A DNA stretch of 59,767 nt, filler included, from Sphacelaria rigidula (Eukaryota), in NCBI GenBank assembly GCA_964200075.2. It is 5 parts of 5 records of this genome, joined end to end, with 100 filler letters (N's around TTAATTAATTAA, not from the genome) between each part and the next. Parts side by side here need not be neighbours in the genome. Positions count along the whole stretch, not along the records: positions 23,950 to 35,822 come from CAXNAA020004392.1; positions 35,923 to 47,795 come from CAXNAA020004393.1; 3 more parts are not named here. One strand, written 5' to 3'. Under the pieces are notes generated by a model. It did not search any database and was not told the origin of the DNA. It saw only the letters and a program-made list of their open reading frames with translations. The stretch's first letter is position 1. Each line of letters starts with the position of its first letter. A program made the position numbers and the translations under genes. Positions 25,427-38,860 of the stretch are shown here, piece by piece.

Positions 25427-28400
25427 CCCCTGTGCTTGTCTTCGTAATGACGATGATACTGACGACTTTCACCAGCATGTACTAGTTCAGATTATAGCCC
25501 AAGTATATGAAGCAGGGGTTTGAGGGATGTCTTCGCCGTGCATGGCGTCTAGATGTGCCACAAGAGAGCACCGTACATGAAGTCGAGCGGAGGTATCAAG
25601 TACAAGGTTGTGATGACAAGCTAAATACTATAATAATTAAATTTTAGAGTTAAGATGTATTATCATTATCCATGATCTTTCCGGGATCACAGATGGTCGT
25701 GGTGGTGCCTTTGGCCGGGGGTAAGTGGAAAGGGCTTCCGCCCCCGATGAATCTCCACACAAATCATGATATGCCGCGTGATATCTCGAAGAGTGTCCGA
25801 CGGCGGATGTGTGACTTGGGCAGAAAGGGTGTAGAAGTATGAAACCAAAAACCATACCCTTCTCGGAATAATATTCCATCAGCGTTGAGCAGGTATTGCT
25901 TGAATTTTTGTCCCCAAGTCTCATATCTCAGACCTCGCACCTGCCATCTACCTGAGATATACTTCTGCTCGGTAAGTGGTGGTTCCTGTGAAACCGCCAT
26001 ATGGTTCACGGTTCGTGTGAACAACCACACTTTCCGGTCGTGATACATCGTTCTTGATGATCGCATGAAACCGAGATTCGATGCGTTTTGAGCCATGCCA
26101 TCGTGACATGTATAGTAGTGGCACCGAGAAGTACATGTGCGTCCGGGCTTGAATATTTTTTTGCTTCGCTGCCGATCACCGTTGCACAACTGTTTCAGTC
26201 GTTTTCAAGTAAGAATGACGCCGACTCTCGAAAAGGCCCCTGCATGCAACCCTCATACTTTTGGGAATCCGGTCCCAAAAGGATCAACGGAGTTGTTTTT
26301 CAGATATTTCCGACTTTTTCGGAAAAGGCACATCCTTCCCGGAAAATGTGACAGCAGATTTCTCAACCAGGCCCAGAGATGGATCATTCGAAGACTGTCT
26401 TACTCGGGATATCTGGTGTAGGCTTCTTTTCAGCATTTGTTTTCGAGAAGTCCAGAAATTTACCGTCAATAACGACTCTAAATCGTCACCTTCCAGAGGT
26501 CACGGCCAAAGAAAACTGTTGGGGAAACCCAGTGTTGTTTCTAGTCGTGGAAGGCTGGGGGAAATATCAGCAACGGTATAGTAGATGAGATGTCCACGCT
26601 CTCCGGGTTTCGAGGACATTGACGAAGGCGGATCTTCATGTTTTGGAAATTCGTAAATGAATCCAACTCCAAAACAAGAATTAAACACCACGAATGGTGG
26701 TCTTCGACGGGTCGGTGCGATCATCCTTTCGTCAAACTCCCAGGTCCTTACTCTCGAACATTGAGTGAACATGCACGAGGAACACATTTTCGGCTCTGGT
26801 ATGAGACCAGTCTGTCTGCGAAAAAATGACAATGCCATGGTCCGCCTCTTAGTGAATTCGTCAGTCGCGCCGAGTTACACACAGAACATCGTGCTTTCAC
26901 AGACAGGGTAGGTCACTCACCACCGGAAGTAACTGACGAATATCGCAGTGTGGACCCTCTGACTCTGCTCGTTTCTCACAATTGCCATCGTTGTCGTCGT
27001 CGCCGCTGCCGTCGTCGATCGCCGTTTTGTCGTTGTAGTATGGCGATCAACAGTTACCTTGATTGGGCCGCCGCGATGCTCCATTGATTGACTGCCATCA
27101 CGACGAAAATGTTGGAAGAGAAAAAGGCCTTGAGTGAGCGGCTGCACTCCGTCTACTTATCTGTGTGCAGAGGCAAACAGTTTCGGTAGACCTTGAGTTG
27201 GCGGTTTTGCCATCTCTGTGTTGAGAATAAGTATAGGGGCACATCTAATTGACGCAGGTACGAACTCGCACTTGAACGATAGGTGCAAGATTTCACGAGC
27301 ACCTCGTGAATAAAGACGAGCATGCTCCGCAAAATGAACAAAGGAAGTAATCATGATGAGCAGGACCCAAACATGGGGATATAAGCGTAAATAGTCTACC
27401 GAGTAGTTGACGCGAAAGAAATCGAAATATTTTGATTTAGTGAAAGGTTGGCAAATAAATGCTGCAGTTCCCCCCTGCCCCCATTTTGCGAGCCTGATCG
27501 ACGAAAACCCGGCGTGCTCCGTGGCGGCTTCGCAGGTATGCGAGGTCAACCGTCAAATGACTGAGTGATGCCGCGATGGGCCCTACCCAAACCAGTCCCG
27601 GAAGCGTCACGATGAAAGTGGCCATACGGCGCATGATAACTGGTTTCAGTCTGCATAAAGCGCCTCATATGGGGGGGGAAGCGTGGGAATTCCCAGCTGC
27701 TCAGTGTTATCGGCTTTGGTAATTTTGATTCACATACAGATTCACCCCCTCAAACCTGTCATTCTACCGGGGGGGCTATGGCGGTACCACTCGACTACGG
27801 CATGCAACATCATGAGTAAGTACATTCCCCCCTCCCCCCATTTTGGCCTAACATGGATATTAACCCAGGTGTTTGGCCTGTGGCCACAATGCGTGGGGTA
27901 GTTTGAAGGCCCCTACCACAGCTACACCATTGATTGACCGCAGGAGTGATCCAACGAACATCGACAACGCGTAAGTCAAGTGGGACCGGAAAATCTCCGG
28001 GGATATTTTGTATTTTTCTTGCGCTCTTTGTACATAGAGTGAGGCGTGGTCTCCGGCCAACTTCAAACCTCAACCGTCTCCATGTTTCTAATTCACCAGA
28101 TCCCTCCTAGAGTTTTCTCGACTCACGATCAAGTCGCACCGACCTCGTGAGAGTAATACATATTATCGAGGAATTTACGTTTGACTGTTGAATGTTAGGT
28201 TCACATAATCGGGATCTGATCACGGGCAATTCGTCACCTTCACTCAAAGATCGAGAAGCGGTAAGCGTTGGACATCAAAACGTGGAGCCATTTTTCCTGT
28301 CGTGACGGCGATAGTGTATAGGAGGGGCTTGTTGACCGAGTGATATCGCCGACGAATCCGCCGCAACGCGCAGCATGGTCGCTTAAACGATGAGCAGGAG

Positions 28401-28699
28401 TCGAATCTCCATCCGCGCTTTCGATTACTCACGACAGCCATGAATGGGCAGCGTGGACCGACAGGTTCGGCCGCCCTAGGCGGCTCTGCTTTCGGGTAGA
28501 GTCGTCGCATCGATAGAGCGGGGTGAGGATACGTCTTGTCGATCACTGGTGCGTGGTCCCGTCACGGGGTCGCCCCCATGCAAGACGAACACGAACAGCC
28601 CCTAAACGCGTCGTCTTCCTCTCTACGGTCCTCACGAGGCTACACATGATGCCATGGGCGTCAGGTCGAGTTCCACACGTCGGTGCCGACCGTATTCAA

Positions 28700-29050
28700 C
28701 CTGGCGGCAACTCTTCAAGATCCCACAACTTCATCGTGGTGACGCTGTCTTGTCCGCTCAACTCCAACGCAACAACAGGTGGGAACGTCGTCCACAATCC
28801 ATGCACCTCCAAGCTTCACTAGCAGTAACACTTACACAGAGACGCAGAATTCGAGGACACAAGGCTATCTGGGGTATACTCCGACAACGAGGTGCAGTAG
28901 GGCTGGGTACGGTTCGTAGCAAGGTGCCTTATGGGGAACTTCGACGAGGTGCAAAAACTGGTCTGGGTACCTTGCTCCGGAGTCTGTTGTGGCACCTTGG
29001 TGAGGTGTAGAGAGTAGTATGATAATCTCATCGCCGGTACCTTTGACATG
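28700..29050 (+). mobile_element. Possible Ty1/copia relic
   Basis: NTYTETQNS followed, after a frameshift, by HKAIWG resembles the PxTYxEAxxSxxxxxW motif preceding copia RT; heavily decayed. Confidence 0.25.
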
Positions 29051-29744
29051 AGGTGCTCAGCTGTTGATGTCACGGGCTGCTCTTGGTCGTGCAAAATTCC
29101 TCGTTTGCCGGCAAACCATGCGGGAAATGCACTTTGTCATACACAGAGCGTAGATGCGTGTGGGGGACACATGTGATCGCTTGCGAGCTTTTCATCGCAT
29201 ATACGACTGCTAGCTGATTTCTCGGGGATCAAGACATACTGCGCACATACCGAGACAGGATACATCGGCTTCTTCTATCTGCACTGGCTTCATGTTGGAA
29301 TCCTTCGCAAAAACGGCGCCAGAACACGTCACTTTGTAGCCTCGCGTTTGCTTGCTTCACATGCACTCCGAGCTCCCTAGCTCACCCTTTTCCCGTCATC
29401 AAAGGGCACAGCTGCCGTGGAAAAGAATGCCCGCTATTGGTACAACCTAGACGCAACTCTGCAAAAAGCCATTCGTGTGGCCCTCAATGCAATGTGAGGA
29501 TCGCATGACGCAGACCAAAAGCACGGCACAGCATAACAAACCCTCAAAGCACGTCGACCACAAACACAGTGAAAACTCCCAAGCAACACCTCGTCACTCC
29601 TACGACTTGATCACTGTCGTCCATAATAGGATCCCGCGGAAGTGAAGGCCTTCAGGTGCGTTGCCGTGAAGCGGGAAAAACGTGGGGAGTAAGTCCGTTC
29701 TGCATGCGGTCGTGGTGGTGCTGAGCAAATCAGAGAAGTACTGA

Positions 29745-32700
29745 CTAGAAAAGCGGGAACGCCTTGGGATGTCCGATAACCGCCCACTTCTTGTCTGCCT
29801 CCACCAGGTGGTCCCACCCGAGTTGCTCAAACACCTTCGCTCGCATAGTGGAAGCCTCCTCCTTCGACATCACCTGCCGCCGATGACCGCAAGGGACACG
29901 GAGAATAGCAAAGATTAAATAAGGCAACGGGAACGGGCGGCGACGGCGGGGCTCGCGCGTGCACTTGCTGTGCGAAAATATTGAGAAGTGTGCATTAATC
30001 GGTTTGAAGTTTGCCTTGTCAATCCTTCAACATGTTGAAATATCTAAATTACACAGGTCACAGACTCCTCGCAAAAGCAACGACGCTATCTTCATCAAAC
30101 CTATTCTCCCCATAAAATGGTCATCACTTCGATCTTGGTCATCTCCACTAACCTCCTCCCAATTCCTACCCCTCACCATACCCTGTGAGGGGAGATCCCT
30201 GGCAAACACATGACCGTGCTCGTGCAAGCACTGACCCCTTGATTTCCAAGCGCAGACGTCATATTGACTTCTTACATACACGCCAGTGCAAAAAAACGAC
30301 ACTCGACTTCAGTAAAAGAGATACAAAAACCTCCGCAGCGACAGGCGTAGTGAACCCTTTGATCGCCAGGGTAGAACGTCCGGTATTGAATCGGCAATAT
30401 TTCACTCGTGAAGTAAATGTGCAACCCAGATCGCCCACCCTGGTGACCTAAGGGTTCACGTCATGGGCGGGCTATCTATGATAGCTTTGTGGACCGTCCG
30501 AATATATATGTAAGTTATTACCCACGTCAGGGCCGGAATGACTCAGAGGAGCAAGTTCTACCGAAAGCATAATTCGGGACAGTCAAGCAGCTAAGTGCAC
30601 GAGAGCGCTGCAGCTTGCACTTCTTCACATGCACCTACCTTGAGAGCAGAAGAGGATGCAATGAGCTTGGTGAGGAGCTTGATCACCATGCCCAGCCGCT
30701 TTTTGCGTTGCAGGAACGGCAACGCCACCTTGGCGTACTTTTCCTCGGAGACATCGGCCCAGCTGCGACGTCGAACACATGGAATCAAGCAGGCACAGGA
30801 CAAGCGACACTTCAGCACGGTTCAACAGCATACAACGTATTACCTCCGACCAAATGACAACGCTTGCAAACTTGGGGGAATATTTCATCCCCTAAGCAGC
30901 TGTCTTTCAGAACAAAAACGCATGGGCGACGTGGAGATCGTCAGCGGTAATAGTTTGAAGACGGAAATAGCATACTGCAGGTCACACACGAACCATCTTG
31001 AAGTTATGTATACAGATTCACTAGGCACTGGGGAATGAAACCCCGCGACTGCACACCCTACAACCTGTGGCCTCAGAACGAAATCCTTTTGTCTCACACA
31101 ACAAACAAGTATCTTTTTGCCGTCATTTCCCCAATGAGGCCGGATGTCATGGCACACAGATTTTTGGCCCACGGATTCTTCACTTTTGGGACGTTTGACC
31201 CACCTCTTGACCCCTAAACAGGGAAAATCGCCTACACACCTCTCCGACACTTTGCATCACCCCGCAGAGGGAAGTCAAGTCTGCTTTTCAGATTCGCTCG
31301 ACTCCGAGGTTTCGAGATTGACCGCTGAACAAGAATTCGTGCGCACAAATCTGTGCTTGCCGACCCCCGCCAGTTTGGGCAAACTGCCGTATGTTGGCAA
31401 GCATAGATTTTTGCGCACGAATTTTTGTTCGGCAGCAATCTCGAAACCTCGGAGTCGAGCGAATCTGAAAGCAGACTAGGCTCCCCTCTGTGGGGTGATG
31501 CAAAGTGTCCGAGACGTGTGTTGGCGGTTTTCTTGGTTTGGGGGTCATAGGCGGGTCAAACGTCCCAACAGTGAACAATCCGTGGGCCAAAAATCTGTTT
31601 GCCATAACATCCGGCGTAACTCAGGGATCCCGAGAGAAATCGTGCCCACCTGAGCAGATCAGAGTAGGTGGCCAAGAAGGCGCTCGTGGCCTTCGTCATT
31701 CCAGACTCCCCTTGGGAGACAAAGAAAAAGTCCGACACGAACAACAACAAAAAAACGCGGTGCGAACGAAACAACTTGCCATGTCAAGGAGTGGGATACC
31801 TGAGTACGTGGCACAATTACCCCTGATTGGTATTTCAGCCCAACAGTAGGGTGGGTGTGTTCTAGGATCCCGTGCATATGAGCCGTGACTCAAGTCATGA
31901 CTTTACAAACAATTTGACTGGAACGCAAGGACTCAGAGATTTACCAGAGTTGATCGCGAATCAGATACATGAAACAAACCTGGCAGAAGGAAAACGCAGA
32001 AATCGAGCGACTGGCGCAGAACTACTCGCGAGATCACCTCTCCCCCCTCCCCTTCTCACAGACATGAGGTCGCGACTATTACGTTTCCCCGTACTACCTT
32101 ACGCGTCCGCTTGTCTAAAACAGTTCACCATGGTACCTCGTGCATCCAACACCTCGATAACGATCACCTTCAAACACGGAATCTTGAAAATTGGGGATGA
32201 ATCTTGTATTGGGGATGAGAAACCTGGAGAATTAAAATCCCCGTATCCACACCGAATCTTCGAAATATGGTTCCATTTCTTCACCTACTGATAGCGTTTG
32301 ACAACCACTACACGTCGTACAAATTTTGATCTCGATAACCGAAATGTTGGGGTCCTAGGTGAAAAAAAAAAATTGGGGAATTCTGGACGTCCGAACGGAC
32401 GCCAAAATGGTTCCGCAATTGTTTTTTCACCTAGGATCCCGACATTTCGTTGATCGAAATCCAATTTTCTATGGCGTGTAGCAGTTGTCAATAGCTATCA
32501 GTAGGTGAAGAAATGGAACCATATTTCCAAGATTTGGTGTTGATACGAAGATTTTATTTCTCCGGTTTTCTCATCCCCAATAAAAGATCCATCCCCAATT
32601 TGTAAGATCCCGTGTTTCCACAAAAATACCAGGGTAGCATATTGACCGCATTCTTCAATACGTAATACACCCGGAACATCGACGAGCGTTGACATCCGTC

Positions 32701-33348
32701 CTCCACTCCACAACCGAGGTGAAAAACAAAAGTGCCACTACAACGGAGAACATATTTGAAGGTGACTAGGGTACGGACCCGGTGCCGGGACAAGTAAATA
32801 TTCGTGGTACCCGGAAGTACCGAGTATTATTGGGAGATAATATCCCACCAATATCTTGAGGTATTCAGTACCGCACACCTTCCGCTTTTTCACCTCGGGT
32901 TGCTTTATTGATAATCCAATTGATTGTCGCACTTGAAACGGTCTCCTAGGGATCCAGTTGTGTTCACATGATGGACGCAACCGAGATAAAAGGTTGCGTA
33001 CGTCTATTATGTATCTAATGACCACGGCTAGATTCGCAGCGGATCCATAAACGTTGTCGAACGACAACCAACCAACCAACACACCGTGGAAACTCTTCGT
33101 ACTCTGGGGGGTCCTCATACCCTGCTGTACCCTACTCATCAAAGGGTTGCTCCAGCGGCTCGCGAACCGACGCAGGCCGCCGGCTGCTACCCCTCACCTG
33201 AGCGATCTTCGATCTCTGCCAAGGCACGAGCCTTCCTGGCAAAAGCATCCGCCAGAGCCTTCTTTTTCTCGTTGAAGTCCTTCCTGCTGGCCACCATCTT
33301 CGCATCCTCTGGATCTATATTGGTCCCGAAGTGGGACGCTACTTCCGC
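29745..33348 (-). CDS. TPP2: Tripeptidyl peptidase II, last four exons (5' part is on another contig)
   Basis: Exons 33348-33198, 31710-31650, 30762-30639 and 29873-29745 all have AG/GT boundaries and matching phases (1, 2, 0): AEVASHFGTNIDPEDAKMVASRKDFNEKKKALADAFARKARALAEIEDRSGESGMTKATSAFLATYSDLLSWADVSEEKYAKVALPFLQRKKRLGMVIKLLTKLIASSSALKVMSKEEASTMRAKVFEQLGWDHLVEADKKWAVIGHPKAFPLF*. This matches the TPPII C-terminus (LADALxxK, WxDxxxxKY, RLGxxLK, LGWxHL...W....PxxxPLF). Confidence 0.9.
31139..31616. mobile_element. Foldback (fully palindromic) element, ~480 bp, in a TPP2 intron
   Basis: gccggatgtcatggcacacagatttttggcccacggatt... pairs with ...aatccgtgggccaaaaatctgtttgccataacatccggc along the whole length; centre near cagtttgggcaaactg (~31371-31386). 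Confidence 0.9.
32172..32617. mobile_element. Second, unrelated foldback palindrome, ~445 bp, in the next TPP2 intron
   Basis: aaacacggaatcttgaaaattggggatg...tggttccatttcttcacctactgatagc pairs with gctatcagtaggtgaagaaatggaacca...catccccaatttgtaagatcccgtgttt; centre cgtccgaacggacg (~32388-32401). Confidence 0.9.
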
Positions 33349-35228
33349 CTGCGGTTTTCCGTTCCAACATCAACATCAGCAGCCGTGTCACCGCACGAAA
33401 ACATAATCGATATCCAGTACTGTTAGACATGCTAATATTTTAGGGGCAAAGAAAGTGAATGGGCTGTTCGAGGAAATCATAACGACCACAGAAAAAAATC
33501 CCCTTTTCCTTTTTTGTCCTGGGATGCTCCGCTCAAATACACTTGCTTTTACAATCCAATCTCTTGACGGGTTGATCGCAGGCGCAGGCAACACCCTCCC
33601 CGTTCACACCCTACATCCTGATGCTGACCATCCACACGCACCCGATAGCAGTGATCTTGTCCTCCCGCTTAAGGCGGACCCTCCAAACCTGAACCAAATA
33701 TATTTCTTCCGGCTTACCGATCTGACCGCGGGACGTGCCCTGGAATGGGCATTGCAGTATGATGCATTGGGGTTGAGAGTACCCAACGCAACAATCGGCG
33801 CTCGAATCGCGCACGTAACCGTAGAGAATCGCCCGGATAAAACCTATCCCTCGATAGAGTGTCCTGAGCAACGTACCGTCCCCAATAAATGCAAGTGAAA
33901 AATACGATAATAATGACAGCCAGAAGAGGCTCGGGAGTAAACGTTGGGGGGCAGGTCTGAATCGGTCGCGGAGTAACTTTAGTTCGGCGCGTGCGCATTA
34001 CATGTGCGAATATGACACACTGAGACATTTTCTGTTGAGGAAATCGTCGCCGCTTGTGTACACAGCCGCACAAGGAACCCAAGGTGAAGAACATGGCGTT
34101 TACTGGAACAGACAACATGGTGACCGAATTATGCTCTCCTCTTCGTCTGTGGTGTTCACTGTATTGGTACCGCCACGTTCGCCGTACCGCCTCTACATCC
34201 TCCATCCGCTACGACTTAAGCCTGTACCTCGGAAAACGCGGACAAGTGTCACTCACCCTTCACTCACCCCAGCGTCGGTCATACGTGGTATCGGCATGCT
34301 TTTCACTTGAAAAATGAGTGCAAAACATAGATCACCCAATCTGAAGTCGGAGAGATCAAGTTTAGAGCCGGTTATTGTAGGAAGAGGCGACCGTCTCCAG
34401 AGATTTTGACTTGAAAAATGAATACAAGACACCACCCTGGCGATCAAGCGTCACTTTTAGAGCGGGAGGAAAGAGGTGGCGCTCTCCAAAGGATTAATCC
34501 GATACTCGACTATACGCACAAAAAAAAGGAGGAATGCGGCGGGGGGCACGGAGAAGATAACACTGTACTGTACTGCGCTGTACTGTACTGATTGTACTAT
34601 GCTGTACGGTGCACTTCGGCTTTGTCTATTTACACAGACGGCAGCCACCTCATAATGGGTCAGTTGTGTTTGTATAGGCGTACTATTTACTTCAAAAAAG
34701 GACGCCGACCGCAGCCCAAGGACTTTTTTTGCAACTGGAGGCAGGAAGGGATGACGGGGTCGAAGGGCTTCGTGTAATCTGATCCTTGGTGATAGCCATA
34801 GACGAACGGGACGAACGCAACGGGTGGGAGAGAGAAGACAACACCGTACTGTAACATGGAGCATTGTACTGCTGTACTGTACTGAGCGTTCTCGAGCTTT
34901 GTCTCGACCTATACAAACGGGAACCCCCGGCGTGGGTCATCTGTGCTGCATTGTTGTCACAGTTTTGACGTGTAAATTGATGCTGAACAGACCGTGCGGA
35001 TGATGCAATGAAGCAAGGAGGTGTGCGTGATATGGGTGCAGATGGCCTTCTGCGCTTTTTTCCCCAACCGACCGGGCGGCCCATTCGCTTCTTTGCCGAT
35101 CAACTGGGCGGATCATTCCCATCTCATTGGCTTGTGCGATTTTCCAACAGGAAGATCCTACACAATTTTGGGGAAAAAATCCTCATGTTTTGGCCTCGAT
35201 TAGCATGTCCAACTGTATACCGGTGTCC

Positions 35229-35272
<44 letters not shown>

Positions 35273-35274
35273 CG
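35229..35274. repeat. (GT)n(GC)n microsatellite
   Basis: Direct reading of the sequence. Confidence 0.95.
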
Positions 35275-35822
35275 TTTCCCTTCTCTTTCTCGTCACTTCT
35301 TCATTCATCCCCTATCCTTCCTCGTGTTGTCCTATCGAGGATTATTGGATAAAACCTATTCCATTCCGTCGACTCTCATCAACCATATTTGCTCTCCAGC
35401 ACTACTGACATCCTCATGCCTCCAACCCCGAGAACCAGACCGCTCGAAAGAGCCGTATCTGTCGGCATTCAACCCCACAATCTTCCGCCCCCAACTGGCG
35501 GTCGGTTTACCAGTTAGACGTACCACCGATGCGCGCGGGCTACAACGTTATTTTCCAGAAGGATTCGTCCCGCTGTGGTGTCGATTCACTCCGCACGGCG
35601 AAAAAAGCGTTATTGGGTGCTCTTTGTTTGTTTAGCTACGGTGCGGCTTCCTATGTGATGTGCCGAATTTACAACGCTATTCCAACCGAAGGTGATATAT
35701 TGCACTGTTGGAACAAGCAAGGAGTGACATACGAGCTGGGCCGGGAGTAAACCCAGCATTCTCTGTCGTCACCACAACTCTTCAAGTTTCCCAAATCAGC
35801 ACGACCTGAGCATATCGGTGTG

Positions 35823-35922
35823 NNNNNNNNNNNNNNNNNNNNNNNNNNNNNNNNNNNNNNNNNNNNTTAATTAATTAANNNNNNNNNNNNNNNNNNNNNN
35901 NNNNNNNNNNNNNNNNNNNNNN
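35823..35922. other. Artificial contig linker
   Basis: N44-TTAATTAATTAA-N44. Confidence 0.97.
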
Positions 35923-36074
35923 AAAACCCCCTATCAACTTGGCGCAGTACACGCGCCGCCCTGCTCTTGAGAGCTTCGGCCCTACGGCCTTGGAGCATGA
36001 CCGTCTCAAAGTGTTTTGCCGTTTCTGATTATTTATATGATCAACACACCGCCTCCATAATATTGAAAAAGAAT

Positions 36075-37529
36075 AACACTGGTAACGACTGGTATGTAAA
36101 ACAGTGCTACCGACAGCTGAACGACCCCACAACGTACAGACCCATTCGATCATCAGTGGAAGTCGAAGCAGACATGAAATCAAAAAATGATGCCATGATC
36201 AAAACACTTGAGAAATTGAACATAAAATTCAATCTCAACTGGCACCCTTTCCGTACACATACTACATGGATGATGAAATTCATTCGGCATGCCAGTTCTC
36301 AAGACAGGATGATCCCGAACTTCTACATCATCCCCAAAATTCACAAACCCGTAGTATTCGGACGACCCATTGTAGCTGGACATAGCTTCCACACAAACCC
36401 ATGGTTATCACTACTATGCCACTGGCTACAGTCTGTAGCTGGAAAATTGACCACAGTACTGAAAGACAGTATCACGCTCATCAGAGACTTGGAGACCAAC
36501 AGGTTTAACAACCGACAGAGGCCGACACTGGTCACAGCAGATGTCACCAGCCTATATCCCTTTCTGCAAATCCCCCAAGTCATCGAACACACCATGCCTG
36601 CAACCCGTCGCCATTACAAACACGATTGGCCTCAAAACATGTTCGTACTCATCGAGAAAATAAATGTTAAGACATGTCCTCGATAATGGTTACACACAGT
36701 TTGATGGTAGGCACTTATCCTGCAAATTACAGGTTTAGCCATGGATACACCCAGTGCACCAACACTCGCCAACATTGCCCTGGCCATAGTAGACAACAAC
36801 TTTGTCATCAACCACAGAAACATCCTCTTTTTCAAACGATATGTCGATGATATATTCTGCGTGGTTCAAGCAAACCCCGAGGACTCCAATGCCCTCATGT
36901 CTAGAATTTACACCGACATGCAACTCAAGGTACCATGTAACACCTCTGTCAACTCGGTAGAACTTCTAGACATCAATATTCATAAAGGCACTCGCTGGTC
37001 GACAGAGGGGAAATTCGACCTCTACACCCACCAGAAAAAAATTGAACCTATATGGGTACATGCCGTTCCGTTCCCCCCACTCAATCCACAAAAAAAGAGG
37101 ATTTATCACGGAAGAACTGTTACGATACATTGCAACTAACACGGATGAAGATAAGTTTAAGCAACTCCGAATTTGTTTTACTTTCGGTTACTTGCCCGAG
37201 GATATCCCCACACGTTCCTGCTCCCAATTTTCGCAAGAACGAGATACTCGGAACGCTCCAACAGACTATGAAAAAAACATGAACCCAAACCGGTGAACAG
37301 TGTCATCTTCTCACCTGAGTTTCACCCCATCTGGGAGCAACCTCTTGCCAGATCACAACTACTAGAAGCACTATGCGATCAACCCCCACAGGTACAGCAC
37401 ATAGTCAGCAACATCCACAGACCTCTTATTGCCTTCAAGAAAACCCAAACTTCAGGCAATATTTTAGTCAGGGCAGCCTATAAACCGATTATACTCAACG
37501 CAGGACATGATGTGACACTGCAGCCCTAA
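36075..37529 (+). mobile_element. Penelope-like retroelement (PLE) reverse transcriptase, 5'-truncated and frameshifted
   Basis: PLE RT motifs in order across several frames: YVKQCYRQLNDPTTY, PNFYIIPKIHKP..GRPIVAG, LKDS..LIRDL, LVTADVTSLYP, LRHVLDNGYTQFDG, QITGLAMDTPSAPTLANI, FKRYVDDIF, LLDINI, NLYGYMPFRSPHS..KRGFITEELLRY, RGYP, GNILVRA. Confidence 0.9.
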
Positions 37530-38771
37530 AAAGCTCGACAGCACATACTAACAATTAAAGTTGCCCCGCGATTATATTGAGTACGAGTGGGTCAACAGGC
37601 AAAGAATCTCCCCGGCACAAGTACCGGACAAAGATATCATGCCAGTATTCACTTTGAGATGTGATTACAACTGACACACCGGAGTATAGGATTTCCTCTG
37701 GATAACAACAAAATCCAAGGCACAACAATAATAAAAACGGCCTACAAAGCCAAAACATATTATATTCGTGCAACTCCACCCATTTTTTTCCCGAGAAAAT
37801 GGAAGCATTTAGTCCCTTAATGAATGGCCGCCATCCTATATATATATATATCTTGTATTTTTTCATTAAAAAAATAAAACAGGCTTGACGACCACGCACG
37901 CCAGTCGGATTCACTTCCAAAGCTGGTTTTCTACTGAGGGAGACGCGTTTTAAAGTCCGTATCAATCTTCCCGATTGATTCGAGGTCCCAAGGCCTCAAG
38001 CCAGAGAGCACAGGTGCGGTAATCATTAGAGTTCAGTACACTACCTTGCGTAGGTACCTCTCTTTTTCACACATATCTATCAATCGTCGAAGAGCGGCAT
38101 GCGATAAGGGGCGGAGGTAGCGAAACATGAATAAGTTATGCGGAAAAAAAGACACGCATGGGTGTTCGCAAATGCGAGATGGCGATTAGGGAGGAGGTCC
38201 CGGTCATTGACACGGTATGGTGCGACACCGACGACCATGATATGAGTCGTAGCATTGCGCAGGTGCGTACGGGACGAAAAAAATCGAACAGCGAAAGCGG
38301 CAGGGGCGGACGGGGGAACGTATTGTTAGTGTGAGATCGTCTGATGTTCACGTGCCGCATGGAAGTTGCTGCTTTCGAAAGGACTGTAGTGAAAACAAAA
38401 AAAAGACACCCAGATATATGAGACACTAGTGTGACAGTAGCGGGAAAAAAACGGGAAAATATAACCTGGCGTAACGAATCAAATATCCATCAAACAAGTA
38501 AATAAGGGCCGTTGTGCTAAAACAAAATGAGATACGTGAAATTATTCCCAGAAAAAAACCAACACAACGAAGGTAGAAAAACTAAAATTATAATAGAATC
38601 ATAGGTCACTGCGAAGGGGAAAACCGGACGCGACGAAGCACTACAGTAGTGAAAGGGTGGACAATACAAGATCAAGGCATGAGCCCCGCGTATAATCACT
38701 TATACCATCGGTGTATGTACTGCTGCCGAGCAACGGCACTGGTTGCCCCCGATTTCCCGGCGTGAAGAAAC

Positions 38772-38860
38772 CCATGTAGTGACGGTCCTCTGAAGTGTTG
38801 TGACGGTCCCATGAAGTGTTGTGACGGTCCCATGAAATGTTGTGACGGCCCCATGTAGTG
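38772..38860. repeat. 21-bp tandem repeat, ~4 copies
   Basis: Unit catgaagtgttgtgacggtcc. Confidence 0.85.

Noticed and set aside
33455..33898. 147-aa plus-strand ORF within the TPP2 intron
   Set aside because: Alternative start codon, no recognisable family, antisense within an intron; unsupported.
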